The notes below the pieces were generated by a model. It worked only from the letters and a program-made list of their open reading frames with translations. It made no database searches and was not told the DNA's origin. From Moniliella sp. 'wahieum' (taxonomy: Eukaryota), in the NCBI GenBank assembly GCA_003971905.1, contig RSEE01000009.1:186001-250000 (forward strand): a DNA stretch of 64,000 nt, in the 5' to 3' direction. Positions 12,675 to 26,041 of the stretch are shown here, piece after piece. Both the position numbers and the translations under genes were made by a program. The number at the start of each line of letters is the position of its first letter. Position 1 is the first letter of the stretch.

Positions 12675-14011
12675 ATGGACGCGTCCACTGCCTTGCCGAC
12701 TCCTGGGCCCAATGGCCTGCGCGCTCGTTCCGCTCCCTTGGATAAGCCGCATGCGCTTGCTACGCCCGCAATGATTGTGCAACCGCAGAGCTCGCCCTGG
12801 CGTGCGCGGGCGCTCTGTCTGAATTTCGATCACTCCGTTGGATGGTCGATCCCTTTGCATCCTTTCGCCTATTGGCCGTCTGGTCGGGTCATGGACAGTT
12901 GCCCAGGTCTGCTGTGCCCTCTTTGACGTCCGCAACCCGCTCTCTCACCTCCTATTCATCTCCTACCCCCTCTCGCTGGAGACGGTGTTGGAGAACGAGC
13001 CAGAGTTGGACGTGATGGTCCGTGCGGGTGTGCTTCCCGTCACTTCCGCCCGAGTTGGTCCGGTACGAAAAAGGCTTGTTAGACCTTGTTTTTATTTCCT
13101 TCTACATTGTTGTCTTCAGTTTTCTGCGGCAGGGCCTTATGCTATGGGTCTTCAAACCGCTTGTTGAACCGCACTGCGAAGGAAGTACCAAGAAGCTGAA
13201 CCGTATGCTCGAGCAATGCTACGCCATTTTGTATTGGGGTTCATTTGGCCTGTTTGGATTATACGTCATGTCCTTTCAAGCTAGTAGGTTCCCTCTCCCG
13301 ACTTTGCTTAACGCCGAGTGCACTGACCTCTTCTAGGCTGGTGGTATCAATTCGAGCACTTCTGGTTGCGCTACCCCCATTGGCTTATGCGCCCGGAGCT
13401 CAAGACCTACTACCTTCTGCAAGGATCGTATTGGCTGCAACAGGCACTCGTTATGCTCCTCCGTCTCGAGGCGCCGCGGAAAGATTATACGAGCTAGTTG
13501 CGCATCATCTCGTCACCCTCTGGCTGATTGGATGGAGCTATGGGATTAACCTCACTATGATTGGCACGACCGTCTTTGTCGCGATGGACATCCCTGACAC
13601 ATTCCTAGGTTCGATCAAGCTGATGAACTATCTTGATGTGAGCCCGCTGGTGCAAGTTCCGTTCTTTGCCGTGTTCATGGTAGTCTGGACTTATTTCCGC
13701 ATCTACCTCTCGGCATTGACTCTCAAGTCGGTTTACTATGACTTTTGGTTGATCCCTGAAGACAACGTGTCTTTCGCCCACCCACAGGCGCCTGGCTCGT
13801 GTCCTGGATGCGTTGGCAAATTTTCGCGCCGCTGTTCCTTCTCCTGTTGCTGAACTGCTTTTGGTACTTCCTCATGTGGCGTATCCTTGTCCGCACCACT
13901 CGCGGCATCTATGTTGACGAGCGTGAGGTGGATGAGGTGGAGCCCATGCCCGCTGCAGCCCCTATTCCAGCCTCTGTGGTCGAAAGAGCCGAAAAGACCA
14001 AAGATAGGTGA
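12675..14011 (+). CDS. Ceramide synthase (Lag1/Lac1, TLC domain)
   Basis: YEKGLLDLVFISFYIVVFSFLRQ, RMLEQCYAILYWG and the Lag1 motif YELVAHHLVTLWLIGWSY...MDIPD. Intron at about 13283-13336. Confidence 0.92.
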
Positions 14012-14078
14012 AGCGAGCAAGCCATTATGCCCAAACCCGTCTGCAGTCATTTTGGTTTCCATGTATATGTAATAGCGA

Positions 14079-14480
14079 TCAGAAGCCCTGTTCTTTGAGG
14101 TAGAGCAAGCGTGCCGGCCCCTCGAGCTGAGCAAGACCGGGGATACAGTTAGCAGAGCTGAGGCAGGGAAGGGGAGACGTGAACATACTCTCCGCTGGAG
14201 CTCAAGGAAGCCGAGTTTAGGCTGACGATCGGGGATGACAGTGACCTTGCTCCCGTCCTGTAGTGCACTTCGATGCTGGCCTGCTTTGGAGAGGTGACCG
14301 AGGTAATGTTGATGGGCGGCATCTCGGTAAGACCGTAGGTGATGGCCGCGTTGACGGGCAGACGGGCAGGGAGGTAGGACAGAAAGTGCGCAGTGCCCGC
14401 GTGCCAGGGGACACAGGAACAGGGACCATGCGCACGTCGATCTTGGTCATGTGCTTGAAGAGGTTGAGTGAGAGCGTCAT
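14079..14480 (-). CDS. Mitochondrial ribosomal protein mL53 (yeast MrpL44)-like
   Basis: FKHMTKIDVRMVP..GTRALRTF..SIEVHY.DGSK, an intron (gtatgt..ctaac..cag) and the C-terminus PARLLYLKEQGF*. Size and pattern fit mL53; recognised from memory only. Confidence 0.55.
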
Positions 14481-14650
14481 GGCGGCGGTGGTGTGGGGGC
14501 GGGGGGTGGACTCGTGTTCGTACTCTTCCTGCTGGCTACCAAAAGCGCATGCATCGCTCAAGGCAAGCAGCGAGCAGCGGAATTCCGATATTCCGCCCGC
14601 CGTCCAGAAGAAGCGGCGGGCAGCGGAGGCGCTCCAAGCTTCTCGCAACC

Positions 14651-15157
14651 ATGGTGCTGGCCACGTCGCGTCTGCTGGCCGGGCTCAGCCTCCGCCTCGC
14701 CGTGCGTCCCGCCGCGCGTTCTGCGCCGCCGGCCCTGACTAGGGGGCTGGCCCTGTGTGCGCGTACCCGCCCTACCCTCGCCCTTCCCTCGCTTGCCGAT
14801 GGCCGCACCGCGCCCTCGGCTGGCCTGAGGATCCGTGTGCCCAAGAGCAAGCGGCCGCTCAAGCGTGGCCGCGGCAAGCAGGTGCTGCGCAAGCCGGGCG
14901 CCAACTTTAAGCCCAAAAGGATGAAGTCCAAGGCCATCGAGAGGATCAAGTTCAAGCCCCACAAAGGTCTCATGAAGCGTGTCCGCATTCTCAAGGACGA
15001 CAATGGTCGCATCATCTTCAAGCACTGGCACAACTACACGGCCTCCCATAACTATGGCATGTCCCGTGCCCGTCGTGTTCGTCTCCGCAAGCCTGCATAC
15101 ATCAAGTCCGGTGCACAGAACAAGCTCTTCCGTAAGCTGCTTGGCTTGCCGCTTTAA
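14651..15157 (+). CDS. Mitochondrial ribosomal protein bL35m
   Basis: Arg/Ala-rich presequence followed by KFKPHKGLMKRVRI...HNYGMSRARRVRLRKPAYI...LFRKLL, matching the bL35 pattern. Confidence 0.75.
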   Translation: MVLATSRLLAGLSLRLAVRPAARSAPPALTRGLALCARTRPTLALPSLADGRTAPSAGLRIRVPKSKRPLKRGRGKQVLRKPGANFKPKRMKSKAIERIKFKPHKGLMKRVRILKDDNGRIIFKHWHNYTASHNYGMSRARRVRLRKPAYIKSGAQNKLFRKLLGLPL

Positions 15158-15206
15158 TGGAGGGGAACTAAAACATGATGTTCGCATGGATTGAAACCGA
15201 GTATCA

Positions 15207-18200
15207 CTATAGCGATTTTGCTACCATTACCCCCGGCGATCGAAGCGACTCGTGCTTGGCGTCGCATCCAACGGGTTCAGTCGTTAGCTGGAACGGCGGT
15301 AACTGGCCTTGGGCGACCACAAGGGCGTGTGCCTTGATTTCTACCTCCTGCCTTGGTCCCACCTCGAGAGTAAACGTCTTGCGCCCGATCCACTGCACCT
15401 CCGACCCTCCGTCCAAAAGGGAGATGCGCACCTTACACGCTCGACGGGGAGACAGATTTTGCACCCGTATAGAGATAGGAGTGAGCCCCTCTTCATTCGA
15501 CAGAGGATGGAAGAGGAGTTGGATCGGATCTTGATCTATGCCCCATCGTGAGCGAGAGAGGTCTTTTATGACTTGTGTCAACATCGAGTCTGTCTCGGCA
15601 AACAAGGCGCGGCGACGGCCTTCCAGACTCGCCAGCACGAGAGGCAACAAACTCTCCCCTGGCGCACCAGGGATGCCGAAGAGGTACGTCCATCCTTGTC
15701 GGTCTTGCAGCCGCCAGTGAATGCAGACGTCCATCCCATACGGGTAGTGGGGGAGAAAGATACCCTCCCGTTCCCGTCGTGGGAGGGAAGGCAGAGCCTG
15801 GGCAAGCGCACGCTTGAACCACCCCCGCTTGACTAGAGGGTAGAGAGAACTCACCTCTCCCGGGAGCGGGGCACCTGTAGGGCTCGCACTACTCGTCACA
15901 TAAGGGATTGCCTTTGGTGGAGCCACGGACCGATCCAGGTGTTTCTCCTTGAACCAATGGGCAAGTTGGTGAGCAGTGTACTGCAGTGTTTCGTTTCCTC
16001 CCCTTGTTCTAGCGGGGAGAGGGTAAGGAAGGTCCGTTGCATTTGCCCAGGCGGGAGGGGGTGTTTTGCCGCTCCTAACGAGGAAAGGGGGAGGCCCTGC
16101 AAGGCCAGTATAGGCTGAGACCAGGCCCTTGTCATGGGGGGCCGTTCGGCATCCGAGCGTTTGGCCTCGGGGGTGGCAGGCGCCAGGCTGCACTACACAC
16201 CGTGAGGGCCTCACCTCTACTGCTTGGCGGGAAAGATTGCTCGTTTCGTACAGGATATTCCAATGCTTCGCGTTCCCACGGGAAGGAGAAGAAGTCACCT
16301 CTGTTCTTAGAAGGGGGCGCACGTCCATGCCCAAACTTACTTTCGCAAAGTGAGGGGACGCGTCGCAAAAGAGGAGGAGTAGATGCAGTGTTTGGATGTG
16401 GGGTAACGCCCGCACACAGACTTGGGCCTCGATGCTCTCCCCTGGTGCAAGGGAGAAGGAATGATTGCAGACGTAGGACGAGTGTGGGCTCAATGGCAAT
16501 GTTTCCTTATCCGTCTTTTGGATAGAGGTGATTAATGCGTAGTCTGGCTGATCCAGGGCGAAGCGCAGACACTCAATGGACGGAGCGCCGGAGGGGTTGC
16601 TCAAGCGGAGAGTAGCCATCACTTCTTCACCATCGTAAAGAATCTCCTCAGGCCATGAGATGACATCAACTTCCACCCTGGAGCGCGGGGGCAAACCCGC
16701 ACATCCCAAGTCCGGTCCGGCGCATACTCTCCTGGACCGAGATCATCAAAGTCTTCTCTTCCCCACACGTTCCTCCTCACCACCTTCTTTCCCTGTTTAA
16801 TGAGCGGCTGGGATATTTTCACGCCCTCGTTCCCATTGAGAGGACGGAGGATGTAGGAAATCCGGGAAGGCGGTAAGTGCCCTCGTTGCGACTCATATAG
16901 GTTTGTTTTACTGTCATCTCTCCGTATGGGGAGAGAGACACCTCTGCCTCTGGGGAAGAGCGTTGCATGCCCTCATTGTCCCACTCCACTTCAATTCGGG
17001 AAAGAATGATAGGACATGCCCAGGGGTTGCAAACAAGGAACTGGATGTCCACATTGCCCCCTGTGGTTGCAGTCGTACCCTCCACTGGCTCGACAGGAAG
17101 ACGTGCTAGCACTTTTTTCTCATCGGAGGGGAGGGAGCAATGAGGCGACTTCACCTCAGCCACCACATTCTTAATTAGCGACATCCACTCCCCTTTTCCT
17201 GGACCGCGGTGCACAGACACGTCATAGCCCGGCGCGGAAAGTTGAAGAGAGCTCTTCACGATCAGATCGATGGGGAGTGTGACCTCACCCCCTCGGGCCA
17301 ACTGGGATATGTATAGTGCAACCTCCTCCTCTGACGCATCGGGGGCAGTGAGAAGTGAGAGAAGGATGGATGCATCCCCCTTTGACATGAGACGGGAAGC
17401 GACATGGGCCATACCTCTAGGCCAACGAGTAAACGAATCGAGTGCATATGCCGCCGTCCATGCCCGCATAGCGGGGGAGGAGGCACCATATCCTTCTGCG
17501 GCAAAGACGAGGTCAAGCGCAGCTTTGCGCCGCCAAGGGCGATTTCCTGCCGGGCTTGAGATAAGGAGACGCATCAGGGCTGCTTGCTCATATAAGACCC
17601 CTGCAATAGTGCCATGCTCACCGAGGCAGGGAACTTGGGCTGCAATCAGCTCCAATTGTGTGGCCGCAGCGCGCACAAATCCCAGTTCCTGCAGGAGGGG
17701 GAACTGTTTCTCTGTGGCCCTCAGAGGAGGAGTAAGGAGGTGGAGTTCCACTGCCCGCCCGGGGGAGGTTTCCCTGGCGATAGTCAAACCCTGAGAGGCC
17801 TCTTCTTCGGTCAGAGGCGTCATGGTCCTGAGAGCAGAAGGGTTTTCCTTCCGCTCCATCTCGTTCAACAAGCGTGCCAACCCCCATTGGCAATGGCTGA
17901 GGCGGCATACACTGCACCTGCCGCCCCCAGTTCAGAGACTAGGAGGTCTTTGTGTGCATGCTCGTAGCACGTCTGGGCAAACCCATAATCATGCAACGTC
18001 CAAGCAAAGTCTCCGAGTCGACGCATCATCACGCCCCCCACTGTGGGCTGAAGCACCCATTCCTGTGGCGCGTTGGGATCGTCGAGTGCTCCAGTGTGCT
18101 TTTCTCGTACACTGCTTGTCCTTGTTACGGATGCTCCGAGTGACTTGGCTGACGACAGGGAGGAGATTGATAGAGATGTGGCCCTGCTCACACCCCAGAG

Positions 18201-19271
18201 ACGGCGTGAGTTGCTTGAGTTAAGCCCACCCCAAAGCCGTGAGGTCAGTCCTCGCTTATTGTCAAACAGCGTGGTTTGCCACTGCTGAACGCAGCGCTCC
18301 ATCCATGGCACCAAGCTTTGAGCGACGAACGTCCTTAAAAAATTCATCAGGGCATCTGTGTCTCCCAAGGAAAGACCGCGGGCAAAGGTGTTGGCGGGTA
18401 AAGGGGAGCGAAGGGCTTGGCAATATTGCTCTCCCCAAGCAAGGTGCACCTCTTCTTCTTCCACAGGGTGGGAGGTGACTTCCACCGAAGTAGCTTGCAC
18501 CTCCACTGTTGGCCCGGGAGGAGGCCGCGAGTTGACCGGGACAAGGGCCGCATTGAGTCCATAGGTAGTCTTGAGCTGCTCGAGCTGCTCCTCTGACGTG
18601 CTTAGCGGGGTATGGTGTGCGGAATCATGCAGAAGAAGGTAAAAAGCGCATTACGTGAGTACTCATGTATGCAGGCAAAACGTCAGAGGCCATCGAAGCG
18701 GTGTGCAGCTCGGCCATCGCTGCGAGGGGGTCGGCATGCCGAGAGGACACAGCGCAAAGAACTGGGAAAGGTCAGCGTTGGTCCCATATATTGAGCAGCC
18801 AAGGGAGACGCACTGGCTACCGGGTGAGTAAGAGGGTCGTAGGGAGCATTCTCTGCCATTGGATCTAGCAGTGTTTGACGAAAAATGTTGTGCCAAGGGG
18901 CGGTGGAGTGAGGGTCTGGGCCGTCCCCAGACAGATCGAGGGCAGGCATGTCCGACTCTCCCAGGGCGAGGGCAGATGTCAGGGCAGATTCCACTTCCTC
19001 CAGCTCTTTCGTGGAGGATGGTGGATGCTCTGATCCTGGATGGGGAGGGAGACCAGGCGCAGGGGGAAGGTTCCACACGTCTTGCGGCCCAGCTGGGCTG
19101 TCGTGACGCCAACGTTCCGGATGCTGGGTGTCCAGGGGAGAAGCAGCTGGGCCACGAGTCTACGCCGGCAGCATCATGCGCAAGTGCACGCGCATCGGGC
19201 GACTCGAGCGTGGCGACCGTGTTGGCACCGCGCTGTGCACCGCGTCCATGAGCGCCAACTGGGACAAGCAT
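15207..19271 (-). CDS. TRS85: TRAPPIII subunit Trs85/TRAPPC8 (several frameshifts)
   Basis: FLRTFVAQSLVPWMERCVQQWQ..NKRGLTSRL, MRRLGDFAWTLHDY, LYEQAA, RRKAA. Start approximate. Confidence 0.85.
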
Positions 19272-19677
19272 GAATGGTGGCCACGACGAGCGCCATCGGC
19301 CTGAGCCTCGGCCGGTGGGTCTCGCTGCGGTCAAGTTGAACGTTCGTTTGAACATTGCGTTGGGCGGGTTGCAAGGGAGGGTCACGTGCTAGGTGGTGGG
19401 TCCCGGTGACTAGTGACTAGTGACCTAGTGACCTAGTGACCAGTAATCTCAATGATCGATGATTAATGATTGAGGCGCGATGTTCGATGGCCGATGGCGC
19501 TGAGGGATGGAGATAGGAGCGCGTCGGTGCTTAGCACTGATTAGTAGTGACCTAACCTGCCGCAGCCACAATTGCGATTCGAACGAGTTCTGCAGGTCCC
19601 TGCCCCTGCCTCCCTATCTCCCGCTCCACCATCGCCTCTATCAGCGGCATCCCAGCCAGTCCCGCCGATACGTCGCC

Positions 19678-20999
19678 ATGGATGGCCTGTACTCCATCCC
19701 TCTCAGTGAACGTCCCGCTGCGCCCATCCGGCTGACGAAGACGGTGGCCGTTCTGGTCTGGTTCCATCTCTCATGCTTCATGATCAATGGCCTCCAGTTC
19801 CTCGTCTGGCCCTTGCGATTTGTCCTCCCCGCGCCTACTTGTGGACCATCAGTTACACGAAGCACGCATTTGGCTTGCTTCTTGTCTCCCTCAGCCAGCT
19901 CTTTGCTCCTACCAAGCTTGTCCTCAGCTTCACCGATGCCCAAGGGCACCCGGTTGATCCTTCTCCGTTCCTCCGCAAAGAGGGTGGCAAGGTCACTGGC
20001 TTTAATCTCCCTCCTCGTAGTGTGGCGATTTCTAACCACCAAATCTACCTCGACTGGCTCTACCTTTGGTGTGTCTCTTACTACGCCAACCTGTCCTCCT
20101 ACCTTTTTATCATTCTCAAAGCGTCGCTGAAGTGGGTGCCCGTCATCGGATGGGGAATGCAATTCTTCCGCTTATCTTTCTAAATCGCAACTGGGTCTCC
20201 GACCGCTCCGTCATGGCCAGCACCCTTGCCTATGTGGCAGAATCAGTCCGCCCGCAAGGCAAGAAAGACGAGAGGTCACTTGGAAAACTCATGCTCCTCA
20301 TTTATCCTGAGGGCACTTTGTTTTCGCGTGACACATGCCCGGCCTCGGCCAAGTTTGCTGCCAAGATCGGAGTGGAGAACCCAAAGAACCTCCTCCTACC
20401 CCGCAGCACGGGACTCCTCTTTAGCCTACGCGCATTGGCTGCCGAAGTGGAAGACCTATGGTTGGTGGTACGTCTCCCGATCTCCTGAGCGACTGCGCAT
20501 GTGACTTACCCCATTAGGATTACACAATTGGCTACCCCGGTGTTCCCGATGCGGGATACGGGCAAGATTATTACACCCTCCGCAGCGTCTTTGTTCTCGC
20601 CATTGCACCGCCCGCTATCCATATCAACTGTACCGTTACCCGCATCACCCCCAGTAGTAGTACCGAGGCATACAACGTTGCATCTGGTGGCGATCCGCCT
20701 CCCCTGGGAAAATTACCCCCCTCGGCCAGTAAGAGCGGGAAGACGAGTTCGAGGCTACACCTGAGGAGAAGGCTGAATTTGATACCTGGCTGCGTGCACG
20801 ATGGGCGGTCAAGGATAAGATGATGGACCGTTTTTACCGAAATGGTGATTTCGTTGGCGGGGCATACAAGTTGAATATGCCGAACGAGGCTGTAGAGGTG
20901 CCGATTCGACTTATCCACAACAGGGAATTCCTCGATGTCTTTGTATGGTTCGTCCCACTTCTCGTAGGGACGGGATGCCTGGCCTTCCTCCTCGCATGA
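19678..20999 (+). CDS. Lysophospholipid acyltransferase (Cst26/LCLAT1-like)
   Basis: SNHQIYLDWLYLW (NHxxxxD), IILKASLKWVPVIGWGMQFF, IYPEGT, NLLLPRSTGL. Confidence 0.9.
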
Positions 21000-21056
21000 T
21001 CTTGTCTGTCTGTACCTCGCTTTTGAACGATGCTCTGCTTCCTTCGATCATCTATT

Positions 21057-21948
21057 TCATTCTTCATCCGACTCGCCCGATGAGGATAGCGTCAGGTCGA
21101 CCAGGCTCGATTGGAGTTCCTCTTCCATAGGCACCTCCCACCTTTGACTCTCTGGGGACCAAATGAGGTTCGATGGTTCCTCCTTTGCATCATCGTCATC
21201 TGAAGAAGAAGGAGAAGAAGCAGAAGAAGAGTCCGGAGGCTCTGGGGCGGCTAAGGCCGGTGGAAATAGGTGTTCGAGCACGCACTTCAGCTTGGGATCG
21301 TAGCGTAGCGTCGACCACCCGATCGCCTGGTAGCATATCGGGCACACCATTCCTTTTGGACCCATACTCCGCACCAACAGGAGGAAAGAGAGGGCATCAA
21401 AATATCCCGGGTGAGTGCACTTGGTGGACCAGATGGGGTGTCGAATAGGGCCCAAGCTTAGCTGTATTGAGTTAGTTCTTTCTCTGGCGTAGAGGGGAAC
21501 AGTAACACACGCAGCATGTTGTCTTGATCACCACTTCTTCCTGTGGGGAAGGACCAGGGGGGATGAGATCTGCCAAGTAAGATGGGGAGCATTCCCTTCC
21601 ATACACCAGAGAGAGCGTGTACGCTCCCGAAAAGCTGAGAGCGATCTCATGATCCGTGCCATCCGAAACTTCGATGACTGGCGGCTTCAGTCGCTTAGTG
21701 GGGGGGTTGGAAAAGCTCACATCGAGGAAAGAGCCGTCGACATGGACCTTCAAGTCAGGAGGGTAGGAGATGTCCCACTTGGTAGACTGAGAGGAGAGAA
21801 GGACAAGGACATGGTTCGTGCTGAGCTGTGCGAGCTCGTCAGTCTCGGAAGACGTGAGATGGAAAGGTAAGTTAGGCGCATCGGCAGACGACGTGGCGGT
21901 GGAGACCAAGGTGCGCTCGACATCCAGAAACGGATACCACTCCAGCAT
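21057..21948 (-). CDS. Small SP-RING (zf-MIZ) domain protein, putative SUMO E3 ligase
   Basis: EVVIKTTC-(intron)-LSLGPIRHPIWSTKCTHPGYFDALSFL...CPICYQAI, followed by an acidic tail containing LVDLTLSSSGESDEE (SIM-like). Confidence 0.65.
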
Positions 21949-22327
21949 CGCCGTCGCGTGATGGTAGTTGACAAAACAGCGCAGAGTTTGTGCAATCTGC
22001 GCGCTCAGCAGGCTAGAGGGGCTGTGGGGGAGCGGGACGGAATACAGCAGCCGAGGCGGAATTCGATTTGCGCCGCTAAGCGATAATTGATAATCGAGCT
22101 AATCCACCCTCCCGAAGGGAGCACGCAAGCGGCCCACTTCGCCCAGCACTCGTACTCAGTATGCGTTGTGCCCAGCCTCACAGCAGTGATTGCCAACGCG
22201 CAGCGACTCCCCCGGCTGCGTCTTGAATCTTGACCGAACGTCGCTGTTTGTTATTCAGCAGGAGCCAATAGCCCGCTGGACACCTCCCGCTGCACTAGCA
22301 CGTCACTCCTCTTCTTTGGTCCCGGCC

Positions 22328-23807
22328 ATGCCGGAGAAAGCAGGCCAGGGCATGGGGTTAAAACCTGCAGCCCAGGCTCTCTGGCGTCGCCTCGTCCCCC
22401 ACCCCGTCTATACCTGATGCCCAAGCGGCTGCGCCAATCCGATCTCTTCGATACCGGGGAGCACCAGAGTAATACCGTGTCCTCCAGGCGCCAGAGACGG
22501 ATTGGCACTGGCCTCAGGATGCCGTTCTCTCTGCCGCCTATGCCCCGTCACCCCCCTCGACTGCCACCTCCAGCCAAGATTCCGACAGTGAGCCCAGTAC
22601 CTCCGCCCAAGCCAGATGGCGCTTGTGGTACATTCCTTCCATCAAGGTTGGGCTCGGGCCTTTGAGCTCACCCAATTTGCACGTCCTGTGATCCAGGGTG
22701 CGGATGAGGTGCTCCTGCGCATCCTCTGCGTGGGGCTCAACCCGTTTGATGCGCAGTCGATCCAGTTCAAGTTTGGCCCCGGCAGCTTCCCTTGGATTTT
22801 GGGTGATGTGGCGGCTGTGGTGGAGATGGTGGGTGAAGGGGTTACCTCGGTCCGTCCAGGGGACAGGGTGTGGACTGTGCCGATGCGCGTACGGTGAGGG
22901 GAGGAGGGTACCAGCAATTTGCGATTGCCCATGAATCTACCCTAGCACGCACGCCTGCCATGGTATCCGACATCCAAGCGGCCACTCTTGGAACAGGTCT
23001 CATCACCGCCGCAATTGCGCTATATTGGTTTTTTGGCTTGCCTTTCCCCCCAAAAAAGTCTCTTCTGAGCATTGGATGGTGTATGTTCTTTTCGCTTTGA
23101 CATGAACGACGCTGACAGGTTTCAGGATCTATGGTGGTGGTGCGGTGACAGGCATCTATGCCGCCCAACTCGCCCGTCAAGCTGGGCTGAAGGTGATTGC
23201 CGTTGCTTCTCCCGAACGGGCGGCCTACCTCGGCTCATTAGGGATCAGTACCGTGGACCGTGGTCAAGCGGCCGGGGATATCGTCAAGCAAGTTGTCAAT
23301 AGGGTCACCGAGGCGGGAGGGACGCTACAGTATGCGTACGACTGCGTTGGTCGAACTACTGCGGGTCTTTGCGTCGATATGCTCCGTCAGTCACGGTCGG
23401 AAGAGCCGGCTCACCTCGTGGGTCTTGTTGGTTCCCCCTCTCCTGCACCGGAGGACATCCAAGTCCATAAACTCAGCTTTAGCACCACAGTATGTTGTTG
23501 TCCTACCGTTTCCATGCCTCTACACACGCTTGAGACGCATATTGACGTGGATGCAGTTTTATGGTGATTCCGTTTGGGCAAGGAAAGTGGCTTCGATCCT
23601 GACCAACCTCTTGGAGGGCGGAAAGGTGGTTCCGGTTCCAGCGGAGCTACTTCCTGATGGGCTTGCGGGAGTCCGGGGAGGATTGGAACGGCTTCAGTCC
23701 CCACTGGCCCGAGGGCCAAGAAATTGGTGATTCGTTTGGACGAAACGCCGGCTCCTGATGTCACACTCCTAGGACAACGATGTGAACTTGATTGGAACGG
23801 CCACTAA
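22328..23807 (+). CDS. MDR-superfamily oxidoreductase (enoyl-reductase-like)
   Basis: EVLLRILCVGLNPFD, GDVAAVVEMVGEGVTSVRPGDRVW, AATLGTGLITAA, IYGGGAVTGIYAAQLA, YDCVG. Start uncertain. Confidence 0.85.
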
Positions 23808-24218
23808 CTTGTTATTCTTGTTCATTTCTTACGCGTTCGTTGGCAGTTATGTGCAGCAGCCACTTGTGACCCTTTAATAACACAAACGAACAGTTTGTAA
23901 CTCAACGAAGGAGTGGTATACAAAACGCGTTTTCTCTCCTTGCAGAGGAATGGAGTGGCCGTACCTAATGTAGAGCAGGCAGAAGAAGTTTTTGCTCACT
24001 GCACAAAGTTGCACCTGTTGCACCCCCCGTTCTCTAGGCCGTACTGGCATATGTGTTCCCCAACCAGGAGTAGGAAAAAGACATATTTGCATCTTGCCTG
24101 CACACTTAGTGATACGGAGTCATTGAAACGCAAATGTTTGGTAATCGATCTCTTAACTATACTACTGGAAAGACATGTCACAGGCGTCCACATGCTCCAC
24201 TCAGGGAGAGGGTAAATA

Positions 24219-25819
24219 CTAAGACTCGAGCCAGTCGGGCCGGGGGGAATAGGTGTGCCTAGGCGCAGGCAGGTCGGCGAAGAGGCGGTCGGGTGGTGCC
24301 AGACCCAATCTTGAACTTGTGGCCTGGGCAGTGCTGAGGAGTCGCGTCCACTGGGCATCCCTAGCGACAAGGAGCTCGGGGAGACTATACAAGTGGTCAA
24401 TAGGGCAGAACAAGGAAAAGGGGGGAAAGGGGGGGGGGGGGACGCACGCAGCCTGGTGGTTCGTATACGCAGTCACGCACTTGTCGAATACAGTGGGACT
24501 CATTTCCATAAAGATCTTGAGCGCATGTTGAACCAACGGTTGGATCTGTTGGTTCCAGTACCCCCTCCCATTCTGGTACAGCGCCGGAAAGACGAGCGGG
24601 AGCACCACGTCAACGTGTTCGGCCATAAGGTTGACAACATATTCGTTGCTCCAAAAGTATAGCGCGCGCTCAGCCACTTGAAAGTTGAGTGAGCCAATGC
24701 AGTGTCCCAGAAGACCAAAAAGCGGAACCTGCACCTTGACGAATTCGCTCGGTTCCATAATGTCGAGGACCTCCTCAAATTCGGACAGAAACATGATTTG
24801 CTTAGAAGAGGAAACCTTCGGCCAGAGGCGAAGGAGACCTACAACTACCGAGGGCGCTAACGTCGGATCCTTTTCGAGAAACTGGACAACGCAGTAGGCC
24901 AATTGCGGATGGTAAAATGCCAGCGAGCGGGCCTTGTGCAGAGGTACCAGTACTCTCAGAAGGAAAGTCTTGTGCTCCTGTTTGAGCGGTACGGCAAAAC
25001 CGTTAATGATGCTCCCCATAATCTCGAGAAGCTCCGAAATCCCATGGTGCTTCTCTTTCTCGAAGAGGAATTCGAAAAAGACGTGGTTGATGGATCGTCG
25101 GATGAATGCGCGTAGGTTCAAAAACTTGCCATAGATCCGATGCAGCGTCGTCTTGAGCAGGTCCCGTTCCCTGGGGTCGTCCGAGTCGAACAGCTCCAAA
25201 TTCGAAGAACAAAGGGGGGGTCGATCACCCTCCTTCCCAAGGTGGTGACGAACAAGGGGCTCTCCAAGAAACGGAGGAAGAGCTCATAAACCAGTTGGAG
25301 ATGCGGCCAAGCAAGCTCCAGTATGGGCTCCTCTTCGTCCATATCAAATACATCTGCCGCAGCGGGAGGATACAGGTTGGGCGGGGGCGGAGGCATGGTG
25401 CGGAAACAGTTGGCCGCGACCATAGCGGTCATTGCGGGATACAGTTCCTGGGGAAGATCCGAGAGATGGGCGATGTACTCTCCCAGCTCGTGGAGGGCGT
25501 TGGTCTTGACCTGTTTCGAATCCAGGTCGTTCAGGGGATCCGAAAAGTCACAGATCACGGATACTTGCTCCAGCTTTTGCAGGGCAAGAGGGAGTTGTGC
25601 GTCCAACGGGGCATCTTTCAATAGGGGAAGCCGCTTGAGCTCCCTTCGCCCATGCTGAACAAGGGAGCTGCGCTGCCTTCTCACCTTTGGGCGCGGGTCC
25701 ACTTCGTCCACCGCCGGGTCGATGTCCATGCTTAGCATGGGTGGGATGGATGTTGAGGCAGGCGGAACACCCCCCGAGCTCCTCCACATAGCGGTGAGGG
25801 AGCTGGCGATGGTCGTCAC
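24219..25819 (-). CDS. PP2A regulatory subunit B56/B' (Rts1/Par1 family)
   Basis: [60 protein letters not shown]. One frameshift near 25200. Confidence 0.95.
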
Positions 25820-26041
25820 GCGTCAAAGGCGATGGGCCGGTGTGGGCTACAAGCCATGCCTAACAGTCAACCATGGTCGATCGATGATCGTCCCGTTTCC
25901 ATTACGTAATTCATTGATGCTCCCTGTGGTGTTGTAGTCGTACAATCCCTCAGGCTTACAATCCTTACAACGCCAAAAGCAGTACTCACTCGTGACTTCG
26001 CTCTGCATCTTAACAACAGTTCAGCACCTTCTCTACTATGA

